Positions 1 through 11,399 of a stretch of 64,000 nucleotides of DNA are shown here, piece after piece. The DNA is taken from assembly GCA_965645245.1 (NCBI GenBank), contig OZ287076.1:186001-250000 (forward strand), given 5' to 3'. Both the position numbers and the translations under genes were made by a program. Below the pieces are notes generated by a model that was not told the DNA's origin, did no database searches, and saw only the letters and a program-made list of their open reading frames with translations. The first letter of the stretch is position 1. Each line of letters opens with the position of its first letter. The DNA is from Massalongia carnosa (taxonomy: Eukaryota).

Positions 1-877
1 GACTTTAGTTCCCCAGAGCTTTTATTCTCCCAGGGCTCTCGTTTCCCTACTCTTTTGGTTTCCCGAGGGAATGAAAGCTCTGGGAGAATAAAAGCCCTGG
101 GAAAATAAAGTCCCTGAGGGGACAAAAGCCCTGGGGGAATAAAAGTCATAAGGAGACATAACTCGTGGGACCAACCTTCGTAGAATGAAATTCTTAAAAT
201 ACACACCAAAATTAAAGCAAAAATCTAGATTAATCTAATTGTACTCCACGCCTCTTTAATTACTGATTGCCTTTCCTTTTCACTCGCTTTTTCCAAGTCG
301 GTTCTTTTCTTCGCCAACCAGCCTACGGATGTCTTGGTCAGAAATGTCAACAGTGCTCTTGAAGCAGCTAAAGCGTCAAATCCCATCTATGAAGTATTCC
401 TGGGGACTTGTGTCGCGATCCGAATCTACGCCGACAAGACTGAATCCGCTTACATCACCAACCTGGCCGAACATCGATACCGCGAGACAACAGCGCGTGC
501 GAAAGGAGACGAAAAGAAGTATCTCGCTAAAGTCGTGGACGCACCTCATACTTCTTTCCATCATCGTCGATAAGGGATGCTCTTCCATTCCGAAAGTGAT
601 TTAGCACGATTAGGGTAATTATTAGTAGCAATAAATACGTCATACGATTTAAACCGAAAAGAGTTTAATGTGTTATTGGCAGTTGCATTACTAGCTTGTA
701 TGTCCCTAAGCATCTCGTTAAGCCTGGGCTTGACGTTTCAGCCTTATATGGATATCATTCAGCTGCGCAACAATAACAGCTTGACTGATGCTTTCTGTAC
801 CACTCATTTCCAAAGCCACCTCTGCACATTCCTACCAGGCTAGTTGTATAATTCGAAGAAAGCTAGGACCTTCTATC

Positions 878-3384
878 ATGCCAGATAAAGATTTATGCCT
901 ATTATCTCTTGATGGCGGTGGAGTGCGAGGGCTATCGTCACTCGCAATCCTCAAGCGACTGATGGAGATCATCAATCCGGATGCGCCGCTGAAGCCATGC
1001 GAGTATTTCGACATGATCGGAGGGACAAGTACCGGTGGATTGATTGCTATCATGCTAGGTCGTCTTGAGATGAATATCGATGAATGTATTGATGCGTATG
1101 TCGCATTGTTCGATCAAGTGTTTAAAAAAAAGCGGCATCGTGTCACAATAAACGGACACGTGCAGGGGAGATTCGACACGGAAGAGCTGGAACGGTCGAT
1201 TCGAGAAATCGTAAAGCGGAAGGAGAAGGCAGGGGAAAATGCTCTCCTCAAAGGATCAGAGAATCAGCAATGCAAGGTGTTAGTGCTTCGGAAGTTGCAT
1301 TTACACGTATAATTCTAGTGATACTAATGAAAGCTAGATTTGTATGCGCTCTGAGCAAAGAGACTGCCGACACAGTCCTTTTCACATCGTATCCTTCTCG
1401 AGGATCATCAGATATGTACCATAAGACACGAATTTGGGAGGCAGCTCGAGCCACATCTGCCGCATCATCCTTCTTTGATCCAGTTAAAATTGGCCAGTTT
1501 GAAGAAGAGTTTGTCGATGGGGCTGTGGGGGCTAACAATCCTGTCGCACATCTTTGGAACGAGGCCAAAAGTGTGTGGTCAGATGAAGCGCTTGAGGGAA
1601 ACATCAAATGCCTGATATCTATCGGTACCGGTGTTCCATCCTTGGATTCTTATGGCTCAAGCCTCTTCGAGATTGCAAAAACATTGAAAGACATTGCAAC
1701 AGAGACAGAAAAAACAGCGGAGTCTTTTCATCGAGCGCATTCCGATCTCGACAATGGGAATCGCTACTTTCGTTTCAATGTTTCTCATGGGCTTGAGAGT
1801 ATTGGACTCGAAGATGCAGCACAGAAGAACAAGATCATGGCCGCCACAACCCGCTATGTGGCTTTGGAAAGCGTGATGAAACAAATGAAGCTTTGTGGAA
1901 ATAATTTTTCAACACGAGAATGTGCGTCAATGTTTGCTTGATAATTTTTGAGTTACTAAATCCTTGAATAGACAGTGGTTCATATAAAGTGCCGTTCAGT
2001 TTGAAAGGCTTACCCCATGGACCCAAATTCATAGCTCGTGATCAGGAAATGAATGACCTTAAGAATACCCTTTTTCCCAAGCCAACTCGTGAGACTCGCC
2101 GGAAGGTGTTCGTTTTGCACGGACTGGGCGGCTCCGGCAAGACTCAGCTAGCAATCGAGTTCGCTCAAAGATCACAGAAGATTTTCAGTTCTATTTTTTG
2201 GCTAAACGGCGATAGTAAGGAAAGTGTACGTCAAAGTCTTGCACAGATTGCCCGGCAATTACCCCCAGATCAGATTCCGGATTCATGTAGAAAATTCTCT
2301 AAAACATCCCCTGAAGAGCTAGATGAAATCATTAGCAATATTCTTATTTGGTTCAGTCAACATGAAAACAATCAATGGCTTCTCATTTTCGATAATGTCG
2401 ATCGTGATAATTCCCCTGAGGTAAATGATCCTCAATCATATGATGTGGAAGATTTTTTCCGGAAGCCGATCATGGCGCTATTTTAATCACAAGCCGATTA
2501 CGACAGCTTCGACAACACGGGCAGGACCGGCAACTTGGAAGGATGAGCGATCTACAAGAAGCAGAAGTATTACGATGCAGGATAGGACGATCAGTTAAAG
2601 GTAATGAAATTCAAGCAACAGTCTTAATCCAATTTACTAAGCATTTTATAGGCCTTGATAGGATCGTCGAGAAAGTGGGTGGTCTCCCACTTGCACTTGC
2701 TCATGCAGGCTCCTATATCCACGGAACGACTACAAGTGTGAACGACTATATTCGATACTATGAAGAGACTTGGGAGAAGCTTCACAACAACAAAACGACC
2801 CGATTAAAAGATTATCCTCGTAGCATTTTATCTACGTACACCATTTGCTATGAATATGTGCAACGTAATGACGCGAGCGCTGCAAAATTGCTTAATCTGT
2901 TTGCATATCTCGATCATTCAGATTTATGGTTTTCTTTATTCACACCTGTACTTGACGAGAGCATTTTCTCAAAAGAGACATTACCACATCAACGGTCAAC
3001 ACAGTCAACAATCTAGGAATTTTGTATAAAAATCAAGGCAAGATGAACGAGGCCGAAGAGATGTATCTGCGGGCATTGACAGGATACGAAAAGGCCAGAG
3101 GTCCTAATCACACATCAACGCTCAACACAGTCAACAATCTAGGGCTTTTGTATGCAGATCAAGGCAAGATGAACGAGGCCGAAGAGATGTATCTGCGGGC
3201 ATTGACAGGATACGAAAAGGCCAGAGGTCCTGATCACACATCAACGCTCAACATAGTCAAAAAATCTAGGAAGTCTGTATGCAGATCAAGGCAAGATGAA
3301 CGAGGCCGAAGAGATGTATCTGCGGGGCTCAAGCGGCTTACCTGTGCCAGGTATGACAATTCTTGGCAGGACAAGGCTGGATGA
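878..3384 (+). pseudogene. Patatin-like phospholipase / NB-ARC / TPR NLR (fungal STAND immune receptor), frameshifted and internally deleted
   Basis: Patatin motifs LSLDGGGVRG, GTSTGG and FVDGA, then P-loop GLGGSGKT, Walker B LLIFDNVD and GGLPLAL, then 42-aa TPR repeats (QGKMNEAEEMYLRALTGYEKARGP.HTST). Introns at about 1278-1338, 1922-1971 and 2601-2651. A 1-nt frameshift near 2459 breaks DFF(P)EADHGAILITSR, there is an abrupt jump into the TPRs near 2985, and the third TPR is frameshifted. Confidence 0.9.
2985..3325 (+). repeat. About 2.7 near-identical 126-bp tandem units encoding TPR repeats
   Basis: ATCAAGGCAAGATGAACGAGGCCGAAGAGATGTATCTGCGGG recurs at about 126-nt spacing (near 3032, 3158, 3285). 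Confidence 0.9.
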
Positions 3385-4332
3385 CATATTCAAACGTTAA
3401 AATGAAATCAAATCAATACCGTCTGAAAGTTAGTTGAATCTTGCTAGCAGTGGTGGAATTAAAATTCTATCGTTCAGTTGAGAGGGAACTTGAAGGTAAG
3501 GGGCGCAGGGGCGCAAGGCGTACGGGGAAAGTTTCAAATTTCTTTGCATCTTGTCTCGCTGTGCCAAATCGGATCAAATAGGAATTGAAAGAGAGTAGGG
3601 ATCAAAAGGGAGTAGTGATTGAAAAGGGATAGGGACTAAAAAGCCCCAGTCATTTTAAAGCCTTGGGCATTTTTTCTGGCTGAAGATATCATGTTTCACA
3701 GGAGTTTAATATCGTTTTAATATTGCTACTATTGTACATAACGGTCTGGATAGTGGCCCCGAGGATAAAACCATTATCTCTGACTTCATGTGTGTTGCGC
3801 CGAGATGCTCTCCATCTATAACGCGGTACATGTATGATTTAGGCAGCCATGTTAGATGAATGTTAGATGGAGGCAGCTATCCTTCGTTAGAATACAGTAA
3901 TTGATAGGTAAGGTCAGCATACCCACGATTGCCCCCGAAGTGAGCGACCCAAGTCTGACCTGTCCATGCTGATGATCTGGTCCGTGATGATGAGTCTTTA
4001 GATAGAAGGGACATGGTACGTATACTCTAGGCTATTCCATTCGGTCGCTGTTGCAAATGGTACGGTAGCCATGATTTTGAAGACGGGATATTACGAGGGA
4101 GTAGAGGAGCCGAAATTAGGAGCTAGAGCGATACGAGAATTGATGCTGATGATGACGCAGCAGTCATAGGCTACAAGGAGCGAATAACCCATAAGAACCC
4201 GAGATGGTCATGAGACTTACCATTCGACGCATCGAAAACAGCAGAAGGGTATGGAATTAGTCAAGCTCGATGCCGAACCGAAACTTTTCTATGGGGAGGC
4301 AACCTATTATGGCCGCTCGTAAGGTGGTGACC

Positions 4333-5982
4333 TCAAAAGAAATTTATATAACCAATCTGCACGCAAAGGCCGAATGACAGTAAAGTGGGCGTCTTGTGAA
4401 CCAACTCCGCATAGTTCTGCAAGTGCATTGTGCTTGTCAAAACAACTTGACACCTTGGATGAGGGCATGCGATCGGATGACCGTCCTGATGATGACGAAG
4501 GTGTTTACAATGGAAGTGCTTTTTCAGATCGTAGCGGCTGGGGAAAGACTTCAGACGTGTCTCGGTGGGTAGCGCTACACAGCCGAGGCAAAAGATACAT
4601 TGAGTGGGTTCGCATTCAATCGGGATGGAGTCTGAAAGAGAGGCCGGATCGAGGACAGATGGTGGTGTCAGATGCCGTTCCTTGATGACCGACGCGGAAA
4701 GTTTTGAACGACCTGGACGCTTGCCTTCTTGCAAGCGACAAAGGGCTGTCAAAGCATTGATCGCTTCCACCCGCCGTTTGCACTCTTCCTCTGAGGATGA
4801 CGTCGCGAAGGTGAGGAGGGTATCGATGACCCGGACACGCTCCTCGAAGACGTAATTCTCTGTCTTCGCCGTCTCCAGTTCTTCCGACGGCAGTCCTTTC
4901 AGCTTTCGTTGAATGTCGATCACCGGCTGCTCCCTCTTATACCTCGCTTTGACCTCTTGTAAAAGAGCCTCCTCTACCGCCGTTATATGTTACGATGAGC
5001 TTGATACGCCTTTTGGTACTTATCGTATACTGATGTCCCCTTCATGCTCGCGATGGGTCCATGATAGTCTTTGATGAACTGGAACATTTTCTTTTGTCTC
5101 CGGCGAAGGAGTCTCATCTCTGGGTGACGATCGCCCTGGGCTTTTTGGGCGTCATTGAGCTTCCGAGGCCGTCGTCGATCAATCGTACGACTCATTCCAC
5201 TGGCGAGCCGTAGCAACGCATTTTGCGGCTTCAAACCACGATAGGCGGCCCCGGTATCACTTGTGATATACCTCGAGAGATAGATTTTTAAGAACACGGT
5301 GGAGTTGTGATGTTGCAAAATCAGATTCCGTTGCGATTCGCTAATGAAGCCTATGCAAGGGTCAGCGAAAAGCTCAAAAGAAGATTGACAGAGGTCGTGT
5401 TACACACTTGCTGTTGTCGAGAGCTTCGCTATTGCCGCGTTGAAAGATGTATGAACCGGTGGGAAGCTTCATGCCGGTGACGCTTCCAAGGGTTATCATC
5501 CGTGAGCGAAGAGTACTGTCAGGCAGAGCTTTGTCATCCGAAATTCGAACTCCGTTCACGGTGAATTCGGATCAGCGGAAGAGGACAACGTGTAGCATCG
5601 TTTCCTTAAGGGGACACGGCAGCTGTTTCTGTCCCGGGGGGATCCGGAGACGGAATAACTGTTCGGCAGAAATCAATTCGGCGGTGAAGGCCTGATCCAT
5701 AAAGATCAAAGTGAGTAGGTTCAGACGAGGACAAAGCAGCAGGCATGGTTCGTCAGGCTCGTCAGGAATCCTGAACTCATTTCTATGATACTTGTCAGTC
5801 GTTCAGCGAAACTGTCGTCTCGACGAAGAAAGCACAAAAGGGCAACATGGACGTTTCTTTATCGCCTAGATAGCCCTTCGTATTCTTGAATGCGATTTCA
5901 ATCAACCGTCGAAGCTCCCCTCCTTCGAGATCCGGAAGCAAGGTGATCTTAACATCTTTGTAGCACACATCCAAGAGGGTAG
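4333..5982 (-). pseudogene. DUF3435 tyrosine recombinase (Starship captain-like), 3' part
   Basis: Motifs LL.VCYKDVKITLLPD.EGG, EPCLLLCP, YIFQRGNSEALDNS (YxFRRG-like), ESQRNLILQHHNSTVFLKIYLSRYIT, GMSRTIDRRRPRKL, and a C-terminal QCIFCLG...KKHF...CPHPRC...HLQN finger. In-frame TGA near 5572 and frameshifts near 4980. Confidence 0.85.
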
Positions 5983-6389
5983 TGTTGAGAATTGAGCCGA
6001 GATGTCTGCTTATTAATAAGAGCACTAACCGAATGCGGATCAAGCACTAAGGGTTATTTCGGCCGTGGCAACACATCACTAATCATTCGAGATGTCATCC
6101 ATCTGCCAGCTAAGGGAGGCAAAACGGAATATATTGTTAGATGGTGAGGCTACCATTGGTTAGAGGGTCAGGCTACCATCAATATAGGCATCCATCGTGA
6201 GTCACACGGGTGTCTACCAGGCACCTATGGAGGTGCCTAACAGGCAGCTATGGGAAGCCTACAGCATTACTGCTGTGTGACTGCTATAAAAGCAGGTAGA
6301 TAGCCCACATAGATAATAACCCTCAATGACATGTATGCTTCTTATTTGCCCTACTTCCGTTTCATGATCAATAGCCTGGTGTTTCAACA
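5983..6389 (+). repeat. 5' LTR of Copia A (407 bp)
   Basis: Direct repeat of 10970-11399 with TG..CA ends. Confidence 0.95.
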
Positions 6390-6401
6390 GGTTATGAGCC
6401 C
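6390..6401 (+). promoter_or_regulatory. Primer-binding site GGTTATGAGCCC (Copia-type, internal iMet-tRNA fragment primer)
   Basis: Lies immediately after the 5' LTR and matches the copia-like GGTTATG(G/A)GCCC PBS. Confidence 0.85.
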
Positions 6402-6429
6402 GGTCAGCTATTAGAGAAATAAGAAGCCA

Positions 6430-9400
6430 TTGATATTCGACTCCACCCTAATTCGTTTCGTCCCAATGTCTTCATCAGCTGCGTCAACGTCGACCACCCC
6501 GCTGGGGTCCGGAAAAGGGCCGGAAGAAGAGTCGACGAGTGAGAATGTTGATGGCCAGTATAAGGCTGGTGTGGGATTAAAAGGTGAGATTAAGGTGACA
6601 AAACTGACACAGGATAACTTTCGTACCTGGATGAAGATCATGCGACTTAATCTAATCGGTAAGAAGTTGTGGGGTATCGTCGACGGTAAGACAGCACGCC
6701 CCAGCGATTCTAGACCGAATGATCAGACGTCTTGGGAGTTTGATAATGCAACGGTTATGACCTACATCATGACGTCTGTAGACGACGAGCAGTTGCAGCA
6801 CATCGTACTCTTGGACACCGCCAAGGAGCAGTGGGACACGTTGTATCGAATTCATCAGGACATAGGAAAAACACGGCTGGTTCCCCTACTGCGAAGACTG
6901 TCAGCGTATCGAGCTGGACCTTCACAGACGGTGGAACAGATCGCGTCGGAGCTTAGAAAGATAGCTTCAATCATAGGAGAAATCAGACTTGAGGAAAAGC
7001 CTTCGGATTTCTTTCTAGCTCGTACCCTTCTAGACTCGGTGGACGGCAGCGCGTATGCAATGGCCCGAGCCCTGTTGGAAGAGAAAGACGATTTGACCAT
7101 GTTGATGGTCATCGAAAAGTTCAAAGAAGTTGAACAGAAGAACAAGGACAATGAGGTAAACATTCACGAAGTTGCTAATAGGGCGTCATCCGATCGAAAG
7201 TTCAGTGGAAAATGCTACCATTGCGACAAAGTGGGGCATATAAAGACCAGCTGTTTCTTATGGTTGAAAACGGATGAGGGCCAGAAGCATCAAAAGGGGA
7301 GTGAGAATACTGATCATATGTCGAATAAAACCCGAGGTAAATCATCGAACGGGGGACGGGGCCGAAAGCCGAAGAAGTCGGAAGAGGCACGACTGACCCG
7401 AGAGGATGAAGATGACGCTCGATCCGAAGCCAGCGATGCTTCAGAGTACGCCAGGATGGCTGTTGAAGACGCTGAAGAATATATTCAGGCCGCCCAATTC
7501 GAAGCCCAGGAGGAATATGCCCTGGCCGCGACTGCACGAATGGGGGCTGGATCTGAAGCCCAGGCCGCTCGATTTGGCGCGATTGCGCAAACGGGGGCTG
7601 GCACTCCATCGAAGGAATGGATTATTGACTCCGGAGCGAGTCGGCACATGACTCCTGATAGGGGGTTATTCGTCAGCATGATGCTGATTAGGACGACAGT
7701 GAGGGTGGCCGATGGTACGGTCATTTTGTCAATTGGTAGAGGAGACGTCCTTGTACGGATGAGAAACGGGGAGAAGATACGACTGACTGAAGTGTTATTT
7801 GTCCCCGAACTCGATACCAACCTACTGTCGATACGAGCTCTTCAGGCGAAGGGAATTTCCGTCCGCTTCGGCCTGAATGGAGTCGAAATCACCCGCGGTG
7901 AGGCCTTATTGGCCACCGGAGTGTTGTCTGGATCGTCGTACCTATTGAGGCCAGCCAGAGAGGATGTGGCCCTGATTACTGAGGTAACGAAGGAGAAACA
8001 CTCACCGAACCCGGCTCGGGATGATTATTTGTTATGGCATGCGCGAATGGGGCATGTCAGTCTCAAAAGACTAGAGAAACTTCCATCATTGACCACCGGA
8101 ACGGGTGCGATCAAAGGAGTGGATGCAACCGCTCATTCTGATAAGTGCGTCACCTGCAAATATACCAAAATGACGAAGGTAATCAGTCGAATGCCGCCAT
8201 TGAAATCAGCGCGACGAGGAGAACGTACGTTTTCGGACTACTGGGGCCCGTACAAGGTAGCGAATCTTCAAGGATCGCAATATTTCCTGTCATTTGTCGA
8301 TGATTTTTCTCGTCGATCTGAGGTGTATTTTGGATCGAGGTTGACCCTGAAAGAAAACTTTCAACGATATAAAGCGAAGTTCGAAGTCGAGACTGGAGAG
8401 AAGCTAGGTCTAATTCGTACGGACAACGCAAAGGAATATCACGCTTTGGAAAAAGACCTTCTGAAAGAAGGCATTCAAATGGAGTTTACAGACCCGTACA
8501 CCCCTGAGCAAAACGGGGTCGCTGAGCGTCTGAATCGAACCCTAATGCAGATGGTTAGGGCTATGCAACTTTGGGCTGGATTGCCCAGGGAATTTTGGGG
8601 GGAGGCCTTGATGGTCGCGAATTATCTTCGGAATCGGCTCCCAACCAATACACACGGAGGGAAAATGACTCCATACGAGGCCTGGTACGGCCGAAGACCG
8701 GATCTGGGCCACTTACGAACCTATGGATGTTTGGTTCATGCCCGTATCCCCAGCGAAAGAAGAGACAAAATGGATGTCGTCTCATTTCAGGGAGTATTCG
8801 TCGGGTACCACTCATCAAAACAATATCGAATTTATAACCCCAAAACGAAGAAAATCGGATGGCATTCGAGCCTTGATTTTTTCGAGGACTGGCCTGGGGG
8901 ACCATTGTTAAACGTTCCTACCGAGTCAGGGACATGGGAAATTGACACAATTGACAGCGATTACGAGCCCGACAAGTATCTCGACAATCAACTCATAACC
9001 AACGAGGGGGGAGATGAGGTCATTGGTGATAACGGCCAAAACAAGAATTTATCAGTAGGGGCTGACCCCACATCTCAAATTGAAAATCCTGAAGAGATTA
9101 CATCGCCAGTGGGAGCTGATCCCGCCTCTTCAAATGAAGGAATACCCACGATTGAACTGAATGCTCAGTCAAACACAGGTATCCCTGCAACTATCGAAGG
9201 CAAATCGCCCAGAAAAAGGACTCCTACAACGACTGCATTCACCCAATCAAAGAGAGAGAGAAAGCCGTACGACAAATACGCATTCGACAATAATCAAGCT
9301 CTTCAAACAAATGACGATCATGATCCCACTTCGTACAGTGAGGCCGTCAACGGAAAAGACTGGCGAAAATGGAAAATAGCCATCAAAGAAGAACTCGATG

Positions 9401-10851
9401 CCCTACTGTCAAACGGAACATTTTTGGTGGTAAATCAGCCCTCGAATCGAGACCTGATCACGTCCAAATGGGTATTCAAGGTAAAACGTCATGCGAATGG
9501 AATGATTGATCGCTACAAAGCACGTCTGGTAGCCAGAGGATTTAGTCAGAAATACGGAATTGACTATAATGAAACGTTTGCCCCAACCCTGAGATGTGAG
9601 ACACTCAGAATTCTCTTTGGGATAGCCGCCGAACTGGATCTGGAAATTCAACAGGCCGATGTATCAAACGCGTACCTTATAGGTGAATTAACAGAGGAAA
9701 TATACATGGAGATACCTGAAGGACTTGAGGTCAAAGGACATGAGAAAGCAATTCTTCTAAAAAAGGGATTGTACGGCTTGAAGCAATCAGGGCGAATTTG
9801 GAATCAACGTTTCAAAAAATTCGTCATAAGCATCGGATTCAACGTTATTCCGGCCGACAATTGTGTCTTTTATCATCCTGTCAGCAAAGTTATTATAGCC
9901 ATCTATGTGGACGACATTTTGTATTTCGGACAACAAAACTCGGATATCAAAGCTGTAAAGATACTTATCAGCGAAGAGTTTAAGGTACGAAACATGGGGG
10001 AACCACGCTCAATTCTTGGTATACGCATCACCAGAGATAGAGCAAAAAGAACAATCGCCATGGATCAAACAGCCTACATTGAGAGGTTCCTTCGCAATTA
10101 TCAGATGGACCAGTGTCGGCCCGTTTCCACCCCTATTGAGGGACACTTGTCGTCTGCAAACGAAAAAGACGTTCGTACCAATCAGCTGGAATATCAACGA
10201 CGAATAGGAAGCTTAATGTATGCCATGACTGCAACCCGTCCTGACTTAGCCTACTGCGTGGGAAAAGTAAGTCAGCACAGTCATGATCCAACCGAATCAC
10301 ATCGCAGCGCTCTGGATCGAGTCTTTCGCTACCTGAAAGCCACGTCAAATTTGGGATTGATCTTTGACGGTAGCTCCGAAGTAATTGCATTTGCCGACTC
10401 CGATTATGCTAATGAAAAAGCTGACCGAAAGTCAACTCACGGAATGGTAATGAAAATTTTCGGGGGAGCGTGCATCTGGCGAAGTGCCAAACAGCGATCG
10501 ACGTCATCATCGAGTACCGAAGCCGAATACGTCTCCATGTGCGAAGCCGGAAAACAGCTCGTTTGGGCCAGCAGATTAATGAGTCAATTGCATCTGCGTC
10601 CCAACAAGGCCATTGACTTGAAGGGTGACAATCAGGGATGTTTAGCACTTATTAAAAATCCTAAACATCACTCTCGTACAAAACACATTGACGTTCAATA
10701 TCACTACATTCGGGAAATCGTCGACGATGGGTTAATTCGAATTTCCTACGTCCCCACGGCCGAAATGTTAGCTGACATATTCACCAAGCCTTTGCCACAG
10801 GCATCATTCGAACGGCTCCGGGCAAGCCTAGGGGTGAGGATAGTTAGCTAA
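6430..10851 (+). CDS. Copia Gag-Pol polyprotein (Gag, CCHC knuckle, protease, integrase, RT, RNase H), uninterrupted ORF
   Basis: CYHCDKVGHIKTSC; WIIDSGASRHM; LWHARMGH; PEQNGVAERLNR; YKARLVARGFSQ; IYVDDIL; FADSDYA; RTKHIDVQYH. The first ATG is probably at 6466. Confidence 0.95.
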   Translation: MIFDSTLIRFVPMSSSAASTSTTPLGSGKGPEEESTSENVDGQYKAGVGLKGEIKVTKLTQDNFRTWMKIMRLNLIGKKLWGIVDGKTARPSDSRPNDQTSWEFDNATVMTYIMTSVDDEQLQHIVLLDTAKEQWDTLYRIHQDIGKTRLVPLLRRLSAYRAGPSQTVEQIASELRKIASIIGEIRLEEKPSDFFLARTLLDSVDGSAYAMARALLEEKDDLTMLMVIEKFKEVEQKNKDNEVNIHEVANRASSDRKFSGKCYHCDKVGHIKTSCFLWLKTDEGQKHQKGSENTDHMSNKTRGKSSNGGRGRKPKKSEEARLTREDEDDARSEASDASEYARMAVEDAEEYIQAAQFEAQEEYALAATARMGAGSEAQAARFGAIAQTGAGTPSKEWIIDSGASRHMTPDRGLFVSMMLIRTTVRVADGTVILSIGRGDVLVRMRNGEKIRLTEVLFVPELDTNLLSIRALQAKGISVRFGLNGVEITRGEALLATGVLSGSSYLLRPAREDVALITEVTKEKHSPNPARDDYLLWHARMGHVSLKRLEKLPSLTTGTGAIKGVDATAHSDKCVTCKYTKMTKVISRMPPLKSARRGERTFSDYWGPYKVANLQGSQYFLSFVDDFSRRSEVYFGSRLTLKENFQRYKAKFEVETGEKLGLIRTDNAKEYHALEKDLLKEGIQMEFTDPYTPEQNGVAERLNRTLMQMVRAMQLWAGLPREFWGEALMVANYLRNRLPTNTHGGKMTPYEAWYGRRPDLGHLRTYGCLVHARIPSERRDKMDVVSFQGVFVGYHSSKQYRIYNPKTKKIGWHSSLDFFEDWPGGPLLNVPTESGTWEIDTIDSDYEPDKYLDNQLITNEGGDEVIGDNGQNKNLSVGADPTSQIENPEEITSPVGADPASSNEGIPTIELNAQSNTGIPATIEGKSPRKRTPTTTAFTQSKRERKPYDKYAFDNNQALQTNDDHDPTSYSEAVNGKDWRKWKIAIKEELDALLSNGTFLVVNQPSNRDLITSKWVFKVKRHANGMIDRYKARLVARGFSQKYGIDYNETFAPTLRCETLRILFGIAAELDLEIQQADVSNAYLIGELTEEIYMEIPEGLEVKGHEKAILLKKGLYGLKQSGRIWNQRFKKFVISIGFNVIPADNCVFYHPVSKVIIAIYVDDILYFGQQNSDIKAVKILISEEFKVRNMGEPRSILGIRITRDRAKRTIAMDQTAYIERFLRNYQMDQCRPVSTPIEGHLSSANEKDVRTNQLEYQRRIGSLMYAMTATRPDLAYCVGKVSQHSHDPTESHRSALDRVFRYLKATSNLGLIFDGSSEVIAFADSDYANEKADRKSTHGMVMKIFGGACIWRSAKQRSTSSSSTEAEYVSMCEAGKQLVWASRLMSQLHLRPNKAIDLKGDNQGCLALIKNPKHHSRTKHIDVQYHYIREIVDDGLIRISYVPTAEMLADIFTKPLPQASFERLRASLGVRIVS

Positions 10852-10969
10852 GGGGTTTGGACGTACATCGGCCGTTTGGCCCATGGCCCAGGGGACAGGC
10901 CCCGAGGGCGACACGCGATGGTTGGTACTGCGAGGGCATGAGGCCATCCAGACATTCTCGGAGTGGGAG

Positions 10970-11399
10970 TGTTGAGAATTGAGCCGAGATGTCTGCTTAT
11001 TAATAAGAGCACTAACCGAATGCGGATCAAGCACTAAGGGTTATTTCGGCCGTGGCAACACATCACTAATCATTCGAGATGTCATCCATCTGCCAGCTAA
11101 GGGAGGCAAAACGGAATATATTGTTAGATGGTGAGGCTACCATTGGTTAGAGGGTCAGGCTACCATCAATATAGGCATCCATCGTGAGTCACACGGGTGT
11201 CTACCAGGCACCTATGGAGGTGCCTAACAGGCAGCTATGGAGGTGCCTAACAGGCAGCTATGGGAAGCCTACAGCATTACTGCTGTGTGACTGCTATAAA
11301 AGCAGGTAGATAGCCCACATAGATAATAACCCTCAATGACATGTATGCTTCTTATTTGCCCTACTTCCGTTTCATGATCAATAGCCTGGTGTTTCAACA
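10970..11399 (+). repeat. 3' LTR of Copia A (430 bp)
   Basis: Follows the PPT and carries an extra copy of CTATGGAGGTGCCTAACAGGCAG. Confidence 0.95.

Larger units (their letters stand above)
5983..11399 (+). mobile_element. Complete Ty1/Copia LTR retrotransposon (family A)
   Basis: LTRs 5983-6389 and 10970-11399 (TGTTG..CAACA), identical by eye except for a 23-bp duplication in the 3' LTR. 5-bp TSD GGTAG at 5978-5982 and 11400-11404, PBS GGTTATGAGCCC at 6390, PPT GGAGTGGGAG at 10960-10969. Confidence 0.97.

Noticed and set aside
329..604. Small ORFs upstream of the NLR as a possible partner gene
   Set aside because: No recognisable motif, and overlapping frames are of similar length, so no call can be supported.
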